From NCBI GenBank assembly GCA_963793305.1, contig CAWBZV010000005.1, forward strand, positions 352,001-416,000: DNA of 64,000 nucleotides, read 5' to 3'. Below, in pieces: positions 1-9,359 of this stretch; positions within the stretch are counted from its first letter, which is position 1; each line of letters starts with the position of its first letter. The position numbers were made by a program, and so were the translations under genes. Under the pieces are notes generated by a model. It was not told where the DNA came from, searched no databases, and saw only the letters and a program-made list of their open reading frames with translations. Source of the DNA: an uncultured Gemmatimonadales bacterium (GTDB lineage: Bacteria > Gemmatimonadota > Gemmatimonadetes > Gemmatimonadales > Gemmatimonadaceae).

Positions 1-1252
1 CGCCTTCGTCCCGCGAGCGCGCGCGGTCCGCGCGATAGAAGCGCTCGAAAATGCGCGGCAGGTGCTCGGCCGCAATCCCGATGCCCGTATCCTTGACGCC
101 AACCCACACGCCATTCTCTTCGGGCTCGGTGAATACCGTGACGCGGCCGCTGAAGGTGTGGCGGATGGCGTTCTCCGCCAGGTTGCTCAACACTTGCCGG
201 AGTGCGGTGGGATCTGCGTACGCCTCGGCCGCATCGTCATGTATCTCGATCTCGAGCGCAACGTTCTTCTCATCGGCAACACTTTTCGCTCGCGCCGTGG
301 CATCAGCCGCCACCGACGCGACATCGACCATCTGCGGATTTGGCACCCATCCGCCGGACTCGATTCTGGACAAATCGAGGAGATCGTCCACAATGCGCTG
401 CATCCGTCGCGTATTGGTGAGTATCGTCTCCGCAAACTGCCTCCGTTGCAGAGCGGGCAACGCATCATCGAGGAGCGTCTCGGCAAATCCGCCGACGGAC
501 GTGAGAGGCGTCTTCAGCTCGTGTGAGACGTTCGCGACAAAATCTCTCCGTATCGTCTCGAGTCGTCGCGTGGGCGTGAGATCGAGCAACGCCAATACCG
601 CGCCCCCCCGCGCAAGCGGCCGCGCAGAGAGTGATAAGTTGCGCCCGTCGATAAACGTCTCGATCGACTCGGTCACCGTCCCGGCCAGTGCAGCGGCAAC
701 GGCTTCTCGTAAGACACGCTCTCTCGGGAGCCGATCGAGCGTGAATGGGACGGGATCTCGCACGCGCAATAATCGTTTCCCGATCGCGTTGATGCGCACC
801 ACGCGCTGCCGCGCATCGATCGCCATGACGCCCTCGTTGAGCGAATCCAGAAGGGCCGTGAGCAGCGATTCTTCTTCTTCGAGCGCCGAGAGTCGGCCGG
901 AGAGCTGCTCGGCCAGCCGATGGATAGCGATAGCGAGATCGCCGACTTCGCCGGGGGCGCCGAGCGCCGGTCGTCGTGTGAGATCACCGGCGGCCAACGC
1001 GCGCGCCACATCGCGCAACTCGATGACCGGCCTCGTCACCGCCCGCGCGAAGAGAAAGGCGATGGCCGCGGCAATGGCGAGGGCAAAGAACCCGATGACG
1101 TAGACGTCGTCTCGCGCTTCGCGAACGAGGGCTTGGGTCGTGGCGTCAGCGATCCGCGCGTTGAGGCGGTACTCGATGACGCCGACCACGCACGCCACCA
1201 GGACGCTGACGATAATCAGCGATCCTAGCAGCAGACGTTGAGTTAGCCGCAA
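1..1252 (-). CDS. phoR: PhoR-like sensor histidine kinase (2 TM, HAMP, PAS-like, HisKA, HATPase); runs off the window start
   Basis: Manual translation from TTG 1252: MRLTQRLLLGSLIIVS...RRDFVANVSHELKTPLT...QVLSNLAENAIRH...DTGIGIAAEHLPRIFERFYRAD. Lies directly downstream of a PhoB-like gene. Not in the ORF track. Confidence 0.88.
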   Translation of the reverse strand, partial: MRLTQRLLLGSLIIVSVLVACVVGVIEYRLNARIADATTQALVREARDDVYVIGFFALAIAAAIAFLFARAVTRPVIELRDVARALAAGDLTRRPALGAPGEVGDLAIAIHRLAEQLSGRLSALEEEESLLTALLDSLNEGVMAIDARQRVVRINAIGKRLLRVRDPVPFTLDRLPRERVLREAVAAALAGTVTESIETFIDGRNLSLSARPLARGGAVLALLDLTPTRRLETIRRDFVANVSHELKTPLTSVGGFAETLLDDALPALQRRQFAETILTNTRRMQRIVDDLLDLSRIESGGWVPNPQMVDVASVAADATARAKSVADEKNVALEIEIHDDAAEAYADPTALRQVLSNLAENAIRHTFSGRVTVFTEPEENGVWVGVKDTGIGIAAEHLPRIFERFYRADRARSRDEG

Positions 1253-1268
1253 AGGTAGCCGTTAAAGG

Positions 1269-1985
1269 CTATGCCGTGCGTGTGTGCCCCGCCTTGAGCC
1301 GGTACCCAAAGCCGCGAACAGTCTCGATGAGATCGCCGGCGGCGCCGAGCTTGGTGCGCAGGCGTTGGATGTGCATGTCGACGGTGCGCGTTTGGATGTC
1401 CGGGGCGGCGTCCCACACGGTCTCGAGCAAATGACCCCGCGCCTGCACACGACCGCGACGCTCCGCCAGCGTCAACAGGAGCTTGAACTCCGTCGGCGTC
1501 AGGTCGATGTCGGTGCCTTCGACGCTCACGCGATGCGCCGCGCGGTCGATGTGAATCGGTCCGATGGCGAGGACATCGTTCGTCCCGCCGCCGGCCGCGC
1601 CAACCCGTCGCAGGATCGCGCCGACGCGCAGCACGAGCTCCTGTGGGCTGAACGGCTTCGTGAGGTAGTCATCCGCGCCGAGCGACAGTCCGCGAATACG
1701 ATCCGGCTCATCCTTGCGTGCGGTGAGCATCAGAATCGCGACTTCGCGAGTGCCATCGTCACCGCGGAGCTGCTCCATCACGTCGAAGCCGGAGAGCCCG
1801 GGCAGCATGAGATCCAGCACCACCAGTGCCGGACGTTCTTGGCGGGCGAGTCCCAACGCATCGTACCCGTTGGCCGCCGTGGAAACACGATATCCCGATT
1901 TCGCCAAGTGGTAGGCGACCAGTGCCACGATATCCGGTTCGTCATCGACGACCAGGACTCGTTCGCTGCTAGGCGGCGCGATCAT
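1269..1985 (-). CDS. phoB: OmpR/PhoB-family response regulator
   Basis: REC domain (VLVVDDE...LDLMLP...GADDYLTKPF) plus wHTH (TRTVDMHIQRLRTKL...ETVRGFGY). Start placed at ATG 1985. Confidence 0.85.
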   Translation of the reverse strand: MIAPPSSERVLVVDDEPDIVALVAYHLAKSGYRVSTAANGYDALGLARQERPALVVLDLMLPGLSGFDVMEQLRGDDGTREVAILMLTARKDEPDRIRGLSLGADDYLTKPFSPQELVLRVGAILRRVGAAGGGTNDVLAIGPIHIDRAAHRVSVEGTDIDLTPTEFKLLLTLAERRGRVQARGHLLETVWDAAPDIQTRTVDMHIQRLRTKLGAAGDLIETVRGFGYRLKAGHTRTA

Positions 1986-2148
1986 ACTCTCCGAACCGTT
2001 CGGTGACCTGTGGCGAAGCGCCCGTAACACATCGAGGAGCTTGTCGTTCTGGGGACCGAAAGGACAGTTGCAGGGCAGTCACAATCGTGTACCGGAGGAA
2101 AGCTTGCCCGTGCTGGCTCGACCGTCAACTGCGGCGCTAGGTTTTGTG

Positions 2149-2364
2149 ATGGTGTCACTCCGCGCGTACGTCAACGGGGCCGCCGTTATAGTGCCGCCTG
2201 GTGGAACGGCGCTGGACGCCGTTCGCGCGGCTGATCCGTCAGCGGCTGATGCGGTCGAGCGACAGGAGCTGGTCATTACTGACAGCCGGGGTCTGCCCAC
2301 CGATCCCAAGACCCCCGCTGCGATGGGGTCGATCTTTCGGCTCATTCCCGCCCGGCCGCGCTAA
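2149..2364 (+). CDS. Small protein, probably beta-grasp (ThiS/MoaD/2Fe-2S N-terminal-like)
   Basis: MVSLRAYVNGAAVIVPPGGTALDAV...GSIFRLIP. Abuts the add start; TAGGTT hexamer lies 5 nt upstream. Confidence 0.55.
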   Translation: MVSLRAYVNGAAVIVPPGGTALDAVRAADPSAADAVERQELVITDSRGLPTDPKTPAAMGSIFRLIPARPR

Positions 2365-3387
2365 GTGGTCACACGGGACTGGCTCCGCCGACTGCCGAAG
2401 GCCGAGCTCCACTGTCATTTGGATGGCTCCCTGCGTCCATCAACGCTGTTGGAGCTCGCGCGCGAACATGGCGTGCCGATTCCGGCCGGCGATGCCGAAG
2501 GCGTCAGGCGCTACATGCGAGTAGCGAACGCGCACAATCTCGAGGAATATCTCGCCCGTTTCGCGACGACTGTCGCAGTCCTCCAACACGCCTCATCGCT
2601 CGAGCGCGCCGCGTATGAGCTGGTCGAGGATGCGGCCCGCGATGGCGTACGCTACATCGAAGTCCGGAACGCGCCGATCCTCAACACGCGCGCCGGTCTA
2701 TCGCTTGTCGAAGTCGTCGAGGCGATGATCCGCGGTCTCCAGCGCGGCGAGCAAGTCCACGGCGTCATCGCGCGAGCGATCATTATCGCGCTCCGCCACA
2801 TGCCGCCGTCGACCTCGATGGAGATCGCCGAGCTCGCATCGGCATTTCTCGGCAACGGCGTCGTGGCGTTCGATCTCGCCGGCGCCGAGGCCGGGTACCC
2901 CGCGGCCGACCACGCCGCGGCGTTCCTCTATGCGCGTGAACGTGACCTGGCGTGCACCTGCCACGCGGGCGAAGGCGACGGCCCGCTTTCCGTACGCCAA
3001 GCCGTCCATCGCTGCGGCGCGCACCGGATAGGCCACGCCACTCGGCTGATCGAGGATCCGTCGCTGACGGAGTTCGTGAACGACCGTCGCATCCCGCTCG
3101 AGATCTGTCTCACCAGCAATGTCCAGACTCGCGTGGCCAGCACGTACGCCGAGCATCCGCTGCGGCGCTACGTCGACCTGGGGCTCAGCGTCGTGCTCAA
3201 CACGGACAATCGCCTGATGAGCGATACGACCCTCACCGACGAGTACGAGCACGCGGCGACCGAGGTCGGTCTCACGCCCGACGAACTGTCGGCGATCGCG
3301 CTCAACGGGTTCGAGTCCGCCTTCCTCCCGTGGGCCGAGCGACAGGCGCTCGTCGCGCGTATGCGCGCCGAGATCGCCGCACTATGA
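2365..3387 (+). CDS. add: Adenosine deaminase
   Basis: Motifs LPKAELHCHLDGSLR, HAGE, RIGH, EICLTSN and LNTDN. Confidence 0.93.
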   Translation: MVTRDWLRRLPKAELHCHLDGSLRPSTLLELAREHGVPIPAGDAEGVRRYMRVANAHNLEEYLARFATTVAVLQHASSLERAAYELVEDAARDGVRYIEVRNAPILNTRAGLSLVEVVEAMIRGLQRGEQVHGVIARAIIIALRHMPPSTSMEIAELASAFLGNGVVAFDLAGAEAGYPAADHAAAFLYARERDLACTCHAGEGDGPLSVRQAVHRCGAHRIGHATRLIEDPSLTEFVNDRRIPLEICLTSNVQTRVASTYAEHPLRRYVDLGLSVVLNTDNRLMSDTTLTDEYEHAATEVGLTPDELSAIALNGFESAFLPWAERQALVARMRAEIAAL

Positions 3388-4241
3388 GCTCGGCGGAGCC
3401 GAGCTCTGGCCAACCGACCAGTCGAGCAGCGCTTGCGCTGCGTCGACGCGCGGCGGAGCCGCGCGATAGCATCACGCGCGCCGCCGCGGCGATACGCTCC
3501 TGCTGTGACGCGACCGCTCCATCGATCGGCATCATCCTCGGCTCCGGACTCGGCGGCCTCGTCTCGCACATCGAACACGCCAAGCGCGTCTCGTTCTCCG
3601 AGCTGCCCGGCCTCCCGGTGCCCGCGACGCCCGGTCACGCCGGTGCATTCGTGTACGGCATGCTCTGCGACCGCGAAATCGTCGCCGTCGCGGGGCGGCT
3701 GCATCTCTACGAGGGTGTCGACGCCTCGGCGGTCGGCATTCCCATTCGCATCCTGGCCGCCCTCGGTGTCCGCATACTCGTACTGTCGAATGCGGCTGGC
3801 GGGATCCGTCCCGATCTCACCCCCGGCACGCTGATGCTGCTCACCGACCATATCGACCTCACAGGCCGCCCACCATTGGTAGGCAGATCCGCGCCCACAT
3901 ATGACGTTGCGCTAGCCGGAGCAATGCGCGGTGCCGCGTCAGCGGCCCGCGTCATGCTATCAGAGGGAGTGTATGCCGCGATGCTCGGCCCGTCCTATGA
4001 GACTGCCGCTGAGATTCGCATGCTGTCAGCGCTCGGTGCCGATGCGGTGGGGATGTCGACAGTCCCAGAAGCGATCGTCGCGGCCTCGCTGGGCCTCCGC
4101 GTAGCCGCAATCAGCTGCATTACAAACCACGCCACGGGCACGAGTGCCGAGACGCTCAGTCACGCCGAGGTGCTGGCGGTGACGTCCCGGGTGGCGCCAC
4201 AGTTCGAGCGCGTTATTCGCCGTTTCGTAGCGCGGCTATGA
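3384..4241 (+). CDS. punA: Purine-nucleoside phosphorylase (trimeric type) with a repeat-derived N-terminal extension
   Basis: IILGSGLGG, GHAG, GRLHLYEG, GPSYETAAE, GADAVGMSTVPE. ATGA overlap with add. Confidence 0.88.
   Translation: MSSAEPSSGQPTSRAALALRRRAAEPRDSITRAAAAIRSCCDATAPSIGIILGSGLGGLVSHIEHAKRVSFSELPGLPVPATPGHAGAFVYGMLCDREIVAVAGRLHLYEGVDASAVGIPIRILAALGVRILVLSNAAGGIRPDLTPGTLMLLTDHIDLTGRPPLVGRSAPTYDVALAGAMRGAASAARVMLSEGVYAAMLGPSYETAAEIRMLSALGADAVGMSTVPEAIVAASLGLRVAAISCITNHATGTSAETLSHAEVLAVTSRVAPQFERVIRRFVARL
3388..3464 (+). repeat. Palindromic multi-hairpin repeat, copy A, in frame at the punA 5' end
   Basis: Core gaccagtcgagcagcgcttgcgctgcgtcgacgcgcggcggagccgcgc (3416-3464) is near-identical to 17528-17576, 46924-46970 and the reverse complement of 6543-6591. 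Confidence 0.9.
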
Positions 4242-4942
4242 ACTCGTGCACGAAGTCGCCGGCCTTTTCGACCGCCGTATCGAGCGACTCGCCGAGCGCC
4301 AGGTTCGCGGCGATGCCCGCCGAGAGCCGGCACCCGGTGCCGTGCGTCTTCACCCGGATGCGCGTTCTCCGAAACCGCCGGACGCCATTCTCGTCGCACA
4401 GGACGTCATCGACGACGTCGCCATCGAGATGCCCCCCTTTGACGAGCACCGCCCGCGCCCCTCGCGCAACGAGCTCGCGCGCCATCGCCTCGGCGTCCCG
4501 CACCGGCGAGCCGAGAAGCGCGGCGGCCTCGCCCAGGTTCGGCGTCACGAGATCCGCCAGCGGCACGAGGCATTTGAGGATGAGGGGGGTCAGGTCGCCG
4601 TGGGCCAACGCATGCCCCGTCCCCGCCACGGTCACCGGATCGAGCACATACGGCCGCAGCCGCCGCTCGGCGATGGCCTCCGCGACCGTCGCGACGATCG
4701 CCGCATTCGCCAGCATCCCGCTCTTTACCGCGTCCACGCGATCGACGGCATTCGATCTGCGCCCGAACGAGCACGGGATCAACCGCCGACCAGGCGATGA
4801 CACCTCCGTCGTTCTGCGCCGTAATAGCGGTAATGGCCGTCGCCCCGCGCACCCGGAACCGGGCGAACGTTGCGAGGTCTGCCTGAATGCCCGCCCCCGC
4901 GCTAGAATCCGATCCGGCGATAGTCAGAACTAGTGAATTCAT
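4213..4942 (-). pseudogene. thiD: Hydroxymethylpyrimidine/phosphomethylpyrimidine kinase, frameshifted near 4751 (probably a sequencing indel)
   Basis: N-terminal part LTIAGSDSSAGAGIQADL and C-terminal part AVKSGML...VTPNLGEA...LVKGGH...THGTGCRLS are in different frames. Removing one base (GAAT to GAT) fuses them. Confidence 0.85.
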
Positions 4943-4948
4943 AACGCA

Positions 4949-5698
4949 TTGAAAATATTAAGCTTAGCTCGCGACATGCGCCGCCGAAAGGCGCGCGAGC
5001 GAACCGGCCGGTTCGTAGCCGAAGGCGTACGAACGGTCGAAGAGCTTCTCCGATCGCCGATCCGGATCAGGGGGGCGCTCGTCTCCCCGTCGCTCGAGCG
5101 GGCGCCAAAGGGCCCCGCGTTGCGCGCCGCGCTGGTCGAGCGCGGCGTCGAGGTGGCCGAAGTCGACGAGCGCGAGTTCGCGAGTGCGGCCGAGACGGAT
5201 TCGCCGCAGGGCATTCTCGCGGTCGCCGATATCCCGGAGCGGTCGCTCGATGACACGATGCTCCCACCCGTCGCGCGCATTCTCGTGCTCGACGGCATCC
5301 AAGATCCGGGGAACGTCGGGACCATCGTGCGCACCGCCGCCGCACTCGGCGTGAGCGCCACGGTTGCGCTTCCCGGAACCGTTGACCTCTGGAACGCGAA
5401 GGTCGTCCGTAGCGCAATGGGGGCCCTGTTCACGCACCAAGCGCTCGCGGTTGCCTGGGAGGCGCTCGAGGCATATCTGACCCGCCACGATGTGCCACTC
5501 TGGTCCGCCGACGCCGGTGGGACGCCTCTCTCGTCGTCCGTCCCCGGTCGCGTTGCCCTCGCGGTCGGAAATGAGGGCGGGGGGGTAAGCGATTGTGTTC
5601 GCCAGCGAAGCGAGCGTTTGATTTCAATTCCCATTGAGAAAGTCGATTCACTCAATGTTGCTGTAGCCACCGGAATTCTCTTGTACTCTTTGCGATGA
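4949..5698 (+). CDS. TrmH/SpoU-family RNA 2'-O-methyltransferase
   Basis: LDGIQDPGNVGTIVRTA, GNEGGG, DSLNVAVATGILLY. Confidence 0.9.
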   Translation: MKILSLARDMRRRKARERTGRFVAEGVRTVEELLRSPIRIRGALVSPSLERAPKGPALRAALVERGVEVAEVDEREFASAAETDSPQGILAVADIPERSLDDTMLPPVARILVLDGIQDPGNVGTIVRTAAALGVSATVALPGTVDLWNAKVVRSAMGALFTHQALAVAWEALEAYLTRHDVPLWSADAGGTPLSSSVPGRVALAVGNEGGGVSDCVRQRSERLISIPIEKVDSLNVAVATGILLYSLR

Positions 5699-6534
5699 TC
5701 CCTCCGGCACTGTTGCTGACGTTCGTATTCCTGACCGGGGCCGCGGTCGGCTCGTTCTTGAACGTGTGCATATCGCGCTGGCCGCTCAACCTGTCGGTCG
5801 TCCGCCCGCGCTCCCGCTGTCCTCGCTGCGAGCGCTCGATCACGTGGTACGAGAACGTGCCGATCGTGAGTTGGCTCGTGCTGCGCGGCAAGTGTCGTGG
5901 ATGCCGGCTGCCGATCTCGATCCAGTACCCGGCCGTGGAGCTCGGGATCGCGCTCCTGTGGGTCGCGGCCTTCGCGGCGTTTTCGTCCGATTGGTTCCTT
6001 GCGCTCCGCGTCGCGGTATTTACGACGGTGCTCGTCGGCATCGCGGTGACGGACCTCAAGCACTATCTGATCCCCGACGGATTCACGGTCTTCGGTCTCC
6101 TGTGGCTGTTCACGACGTCGCTGGCGGCCGCGATGATGGGCGACCCTGGCGTGTTCGCGTCCCCGTACGATTCGCTGATCGGCGCCTGCGTGGGCGCCGG
6201 CGCGATCTCGATTATTGGATGGTTGGGGGAAGTGGCGTTGGGGAAAGAGGCGATGGGATTCGGCGATGTCACGCTCATGGCGGTCGTCGGCGCCGCGCTG
6301 GGACCGCCGCGCACCTTGCTCACGATTTTCGTCGGCGCCGCCGTCGGCGCGCTGGTCTTCGTCGTGTTCGTGGCGCCGATCGTCTGGCTGCGACGGCGTC
6401 GCGCCGGGGCCGGCGGTGCCGCGGAATTGCCGCTCGTGCCGTTCGGCGTTTTCCTTGCGCCGGCCGCGCTCTTCACGTTGCTTAAAGGTGATGCCGCTAT
6501 CGCGTGGTATCTGTCACGCCTCGGGCTCCGCTGA
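5695..6534 (+). CDS. pilD: Type IV prepilin peptidase/N-methyltransferase (A24)
   Basis: GSFLNVCISRWP, two CxxC pairs, MGFGDVTL, VPFGVFL. Confidence 0.92.
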   Translation: MIPPALLLTFVFLTGAAVGSFLNVCISRWPLNLSVVRPRSRCPRCERSITWYENVPIVSWLVLRGKCRGCRLPISIQYPAVELGIALLWVAAFAAFSSDWFLALRVAVFTTVLVGIAVTDLKHYLIPDGFTVFGLLWLFTTSLAAAMMGDPGVFASPYDSLIGACVGAGAISIIGWLGEVALGKEAMGFGDVTLMAVVGAALGPPRTLLTIFVGAAVGALVFVVFVAPIVWLRRRRAGAGGAAELPLVPFGVFLAPAALFTLLKGDAAIAWYLSRLGLR

Positions 6535-6542
6535 GTGATTAA

Positions 6543-6638
6543 CGCCGCTCCGCGGCGCGTCGATGCACCGCTACGCGCTGCTCGACTGGTCGGTTCTCCT
6601 CCGGGGGGCCAACCCCAACTACGCCCCCCGGACCCCCC
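6543..6638 (-). repeat. Palindromic repeat copy B (inverted, intergenic) joined to a second G/C-run hairpin module
   Basis: Reverse complement of 6543-6591 matches the core. Segment 6591-6638 (cggttctcctccgggggg...gccccccggacccccc) recurs at 26443-26487. Confidence 0.85.
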
Positions 6639-6655
6639 AAGGCCTTAGATTCCAC

Positions 6656-7723
6656 GTGATCAATACCATTCTTGACCGCTTCACGCGCGACCTCACGGCC
6701 GACGCTCGCGCGGGACGGCTGGAGCCGATCCGCTGCCGCGCGGCCGAGACGTCGCGGCTGATCGACATTCTGCTGCGATACGAGAAGAACAATGCGGCGC
6801 TCGTAGGCCCCGCCGGCGTCGGCAAGACCGCGATCGTCGAAGGCTTGGTCGAGCGGATCGCCGCCGGCGACGTCCCGGTCTCGCTCCGCGGCGTCCGCGT
6901 GCTCGCGCTCGATCATGTGGCCCTCCTCGGCGGCACGATGTACCGCGGCCAGTACGAGGAGCGCGTGAACGCGATCGTCGATGGCGTCACCGCGGCCGGT
7001 GACGTGATCCTGTTCGTCGATGAGCTGCACAATCTCATTGGCCAGGGCACGGCGATGGGCGCGGCGATGGACGCCGGCAACATGCTCAAGCCCGCGCTCG
7101 TGCGGGGGGCGTTCCGCGTCATCGGCGCGACGACGATCACCGAGTATACGCGGTGGATCTGCGGGGATCCGGCGCTCGAGCGCCGGTTCCAGAAGATCGA
7201 CGTGCGCGAGCTGAATACCGAGGAGACGCTCGACATTCTCCGCGCGCGGGTCGACCGGTTGGAGCGCCACCACAACGTCGTGATCGCGGACGACGCCGTG
7301 CTCGCGGCGGTCCAGCTCACGGATCAGTACATCATCGATAGACCCCGGCCCGACCGGGCTATCGATGCACTCGATGAGGCCTGCGCGCACGCGCACGCCG
7401 TCGCCGAGTATTCACCGGCGACGCTCGCCATGATCGAACGCAAGCGGGCGACGCCCACTCCCGAGCCCACGCCCGCACCAAATAGAGAAGGTCTGGACCT
7501 GCTGGATCGCTTAGGCGCAGAGCTCGAGTACGTCTTTGGTGGCACAAACGCCGACGCTCCCGTCGAGATGCGTGGAGGGGATCGCACAGTTCCGAGACCC
7601 ACCGCTGAGCTCAACGCCGAGCTGAGACTGCGCCTCACCGAAGATGGCATTGTCGTCCGAGGCGTCGACATTGCCCGAGCCGTAGCGGTGGCGACCAATC
7701 AACGCGTTGTGTGGCCCGCATGA
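6656..7723 (+). CDS. Clp/Hsp100-like ATPase with only the first AAA+ module
   Basis: LDRFTRDLT...GRLEP, Walker A GPAGVGKT, pore loop GTMYRGQYEER, Walker B LFVDELH, IGATT, DPALERRFQ, RPDRAIDALDEA. Start placed at GTG 6656 because the upstream ATG lies inside the repeat. Confidence 0.8.
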   Translation: MINTILDRFTRDLTADARAGRLEPIRCRAAETSRLIDILLRYEKNNAALVGPAGVGKTAIVEGLVERIAAGDVPVSLRGVRVLALDHVALLGGTMYRGQYEERVNAIVDGVTAAGDVILFVDELHNLIGQGTAMGAAMDAGNMLKPALVRGAFRVIGATTITEYTRWICGDPALERRFQKIDVRELNTEETLDILRARVDRLERHHNVVIADDAVLAAVQLTDQYIIDRPRPDRAIDALDEACAHAHAVAEYSPATLAMIERKRATPTPEPTPAPNREGLDLLDRLGAELEYVFGGTNADAPVEMRGGDRTVPRPTAELNAELRLRLTEDGIVVRGVDIARAVAVATNQRVVWPA

Positions 7724-8979
7724 TCACGCGCCTCCTGATCGCCGTTGTCGTGCTAGCCCTGGCCGCTGTGACCTGGCGAGCCGCGGCGCACGCGCACGAG
7801 ACCGCGGGGCACTCCGATCTCACCGCGCGAGTTGCCGCCACGGTCCCAAAAGTGGAGCGCGCCGTAGGCCTCCCGTTCAAAAGCCCACCGAAAGTCGAGG
7901 TTCGCTCAAAGGATCAGGTGCGAGCCTTTCTGGAGCGGCAATTCGACGATCCGCGCCAGGCCCGCGAGCTCGCCGGCACGGCCGCCGCGTTCAAGCTCCT
8001 CGGGCTGATCCCTGACTCGCTCGACCTCCGCAAGGAGTCCGAGAACCTGCTGACCGAGCAGATCGCCGGATTCTACGACCCGAAGACGAAGGTCCTGTAC
8101 GTGATCGCGGGCGAGACCGACGAGATGCTCGATCAAGTCGTGCCGCACGAGCTGGTCCACGCGCTGCAGGACCAGTACGTCAATCTCGACTCGATCGAGA
8201 ACGCCGAGGGCGATGACGACCGGTTGCTGGCCGCCCAGGCGGTCTTCGAGGGCCAGGCCGTCTACGAGCAGCTCATCATGACCGGCGGTCCGGGTATCGT
8301 CGCGCGGCTCGATGATATGTGGGACAAGCTGCGCGAGACGATTCGCGACAACCGCTCCACCATGCCGGAGTTCGCGAAAGCGCCGCCGATCATTCAGGAA
8401 GTCACGATCTTCCCGTACTTGAGTGGCCTCGAGTTCATCAAGCGGTACGAGGATCACTATCCCAAGAAGGTGCCCTACGCGGACCTCCCGACGTTGACGC
8501 AGCAGGTCCTGAGCGAGACCGCCTTTTTCGGGCAGCCCCGCGCGACGCCGTTGCGGGTCACATTGCCCAAGCCTTCCACGGGCACCGTGCGCTACGAGAA
8601 TACCCTCGGCGAATTCCAGACCCGCGTCTATCTCAACGAGCAGCTCAACGACCAAAACGCCGCGGTGCGCGGCGCGGCCGGTTGGGCCGGCGATCGCTAT
8701 CAGGTGCTCGATGTGCCGGGCGGTACGGCCATGATTTGGGCGTCTATCTGGGACAACCCCGTCGACGCCGCGCAGTTCGTCGATTTGCTGTCTCAGACAG
8801 CGACCGCCCGGTTTGGTGCCGCGAAGTCACACGGGACATGGACGCGCGGCACGAGAACGGTGACCATTACGCCGATCGAGATCCACGGTCGTCCGGGCGC
8901 GCTCTATGTCGATACCCCCCGCCCGGTCGGACACGCGTTGGTCGACACGACGGCGCTCGCCGCGGTGCCCGAGAAATGA
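7720..8979 (+). CDS. Secreted putative zinc metallopeptidase (HExxH)
   Basis: Signal peptide; GFYDP...HELVHALQDQ...EGQA; FPYLSG; GWAGDRY. Confidence 0.65.
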   Translation: MITRLLIAVVVLALAAVTWRAAAHAHETAGHSDLTARVAATVPKVERAVGLPFKSPPKVEVRSKDQVRAFLERQFDDPRQARELAGTAAAFKLLGLIPDSLDLRKESENLLTEQIAGFYDPKTKVLYVIAGETDEMLDQVVPHELVHALQDQYVNLDSIENAEGDDDRLLAAQAVFEGQAVYEQLIMTGGPGIVARLDDMWDKLRETIRDNRSTMPEFAKAPPIIQEVTIFPYLSGLEFIKRYEDHYPKKVPYADLPTLTQQVLSETAFFGQPRATPLRVTLPKPSTGTVRYENTLGEFQTRVYLNEQLNDQNAAVRGAAGWAGDRYQVLDVPGGTAMIWASIWDNPVDAAQFVDLLSQTATARFGAAKSHGTWTRGTRTVTITPIEIHGRPGALYVDTPRPVGHALVDTTALAAVPEK

Positions 8980-9359
8980 CGCAGCTCCAGCCGCTCCATA
9001 TCGCCGCCACGTTCACGTTCGCCAATGGCGAGGTCATAGAGGGCATCGTGCTCGCGAGCTTCGACACTCCGCCGGATCCCCAATCGGGCATCGCGCCGGG
9101 GAAAAGCATCAACAAGCCGATCTCACTGAGAAAGCCAATCGACGAGTCGTCCGAGAAGCTCAGCGCGGCGATGAAGCAGGGGCAGCGACTCCGCACCGTC
9201 GTGATCACGGCGGATCGCTTGCAGTATACGCTGACCGGGGTCTTCGTCCGCGAGATCACCCAACGCCCGGGCCGGACCGAAGAAGTCGCCATCGAGTGTG
9301 AGCTGATCAAGCAGCAGCATCTCCTCGGCGTCCCGACGCGAGTGCTGAAGCCGTTCTAG
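8976..9359 (+). CDS. Orphan Hcp/TssD-like (tail-tube fold) protein
   Basis: KPISLRKPIDESSEKL...GQRLRTVVI...YTLTGVFVREI...EEVAIECELI resembles the Hcp pattern. ATGA-coupled to the upstream gene. Confidence 0.55.
   Translation: MTQLQPLHIAATFTFANGEVIEGIVLASFDTPPDPQSGIAPGKSINKPISLRKPIDESSEKLSAAMKQGQRLRTVVITADRLQYTLTGVFVREITQRPGRTEEVAIECELIKQQHLLGVPTRVLKPF

Noticed and set aside
51..1103. Long antisense or alternate-frame ORFs (e.g. 51-1103, 13528-14946, 22646-24118, 54008-55987, 62762-63898)
   Set aside because: Shadow ORFs of well-supported genes in high-GC DNA; no recognisable motifs.
1986..2148. Pho box upstream of phoB
   Set aside because: Only scattered GTCAC/GTTAC half-sites, without a convincing 11-bp direct-repeat spacing.
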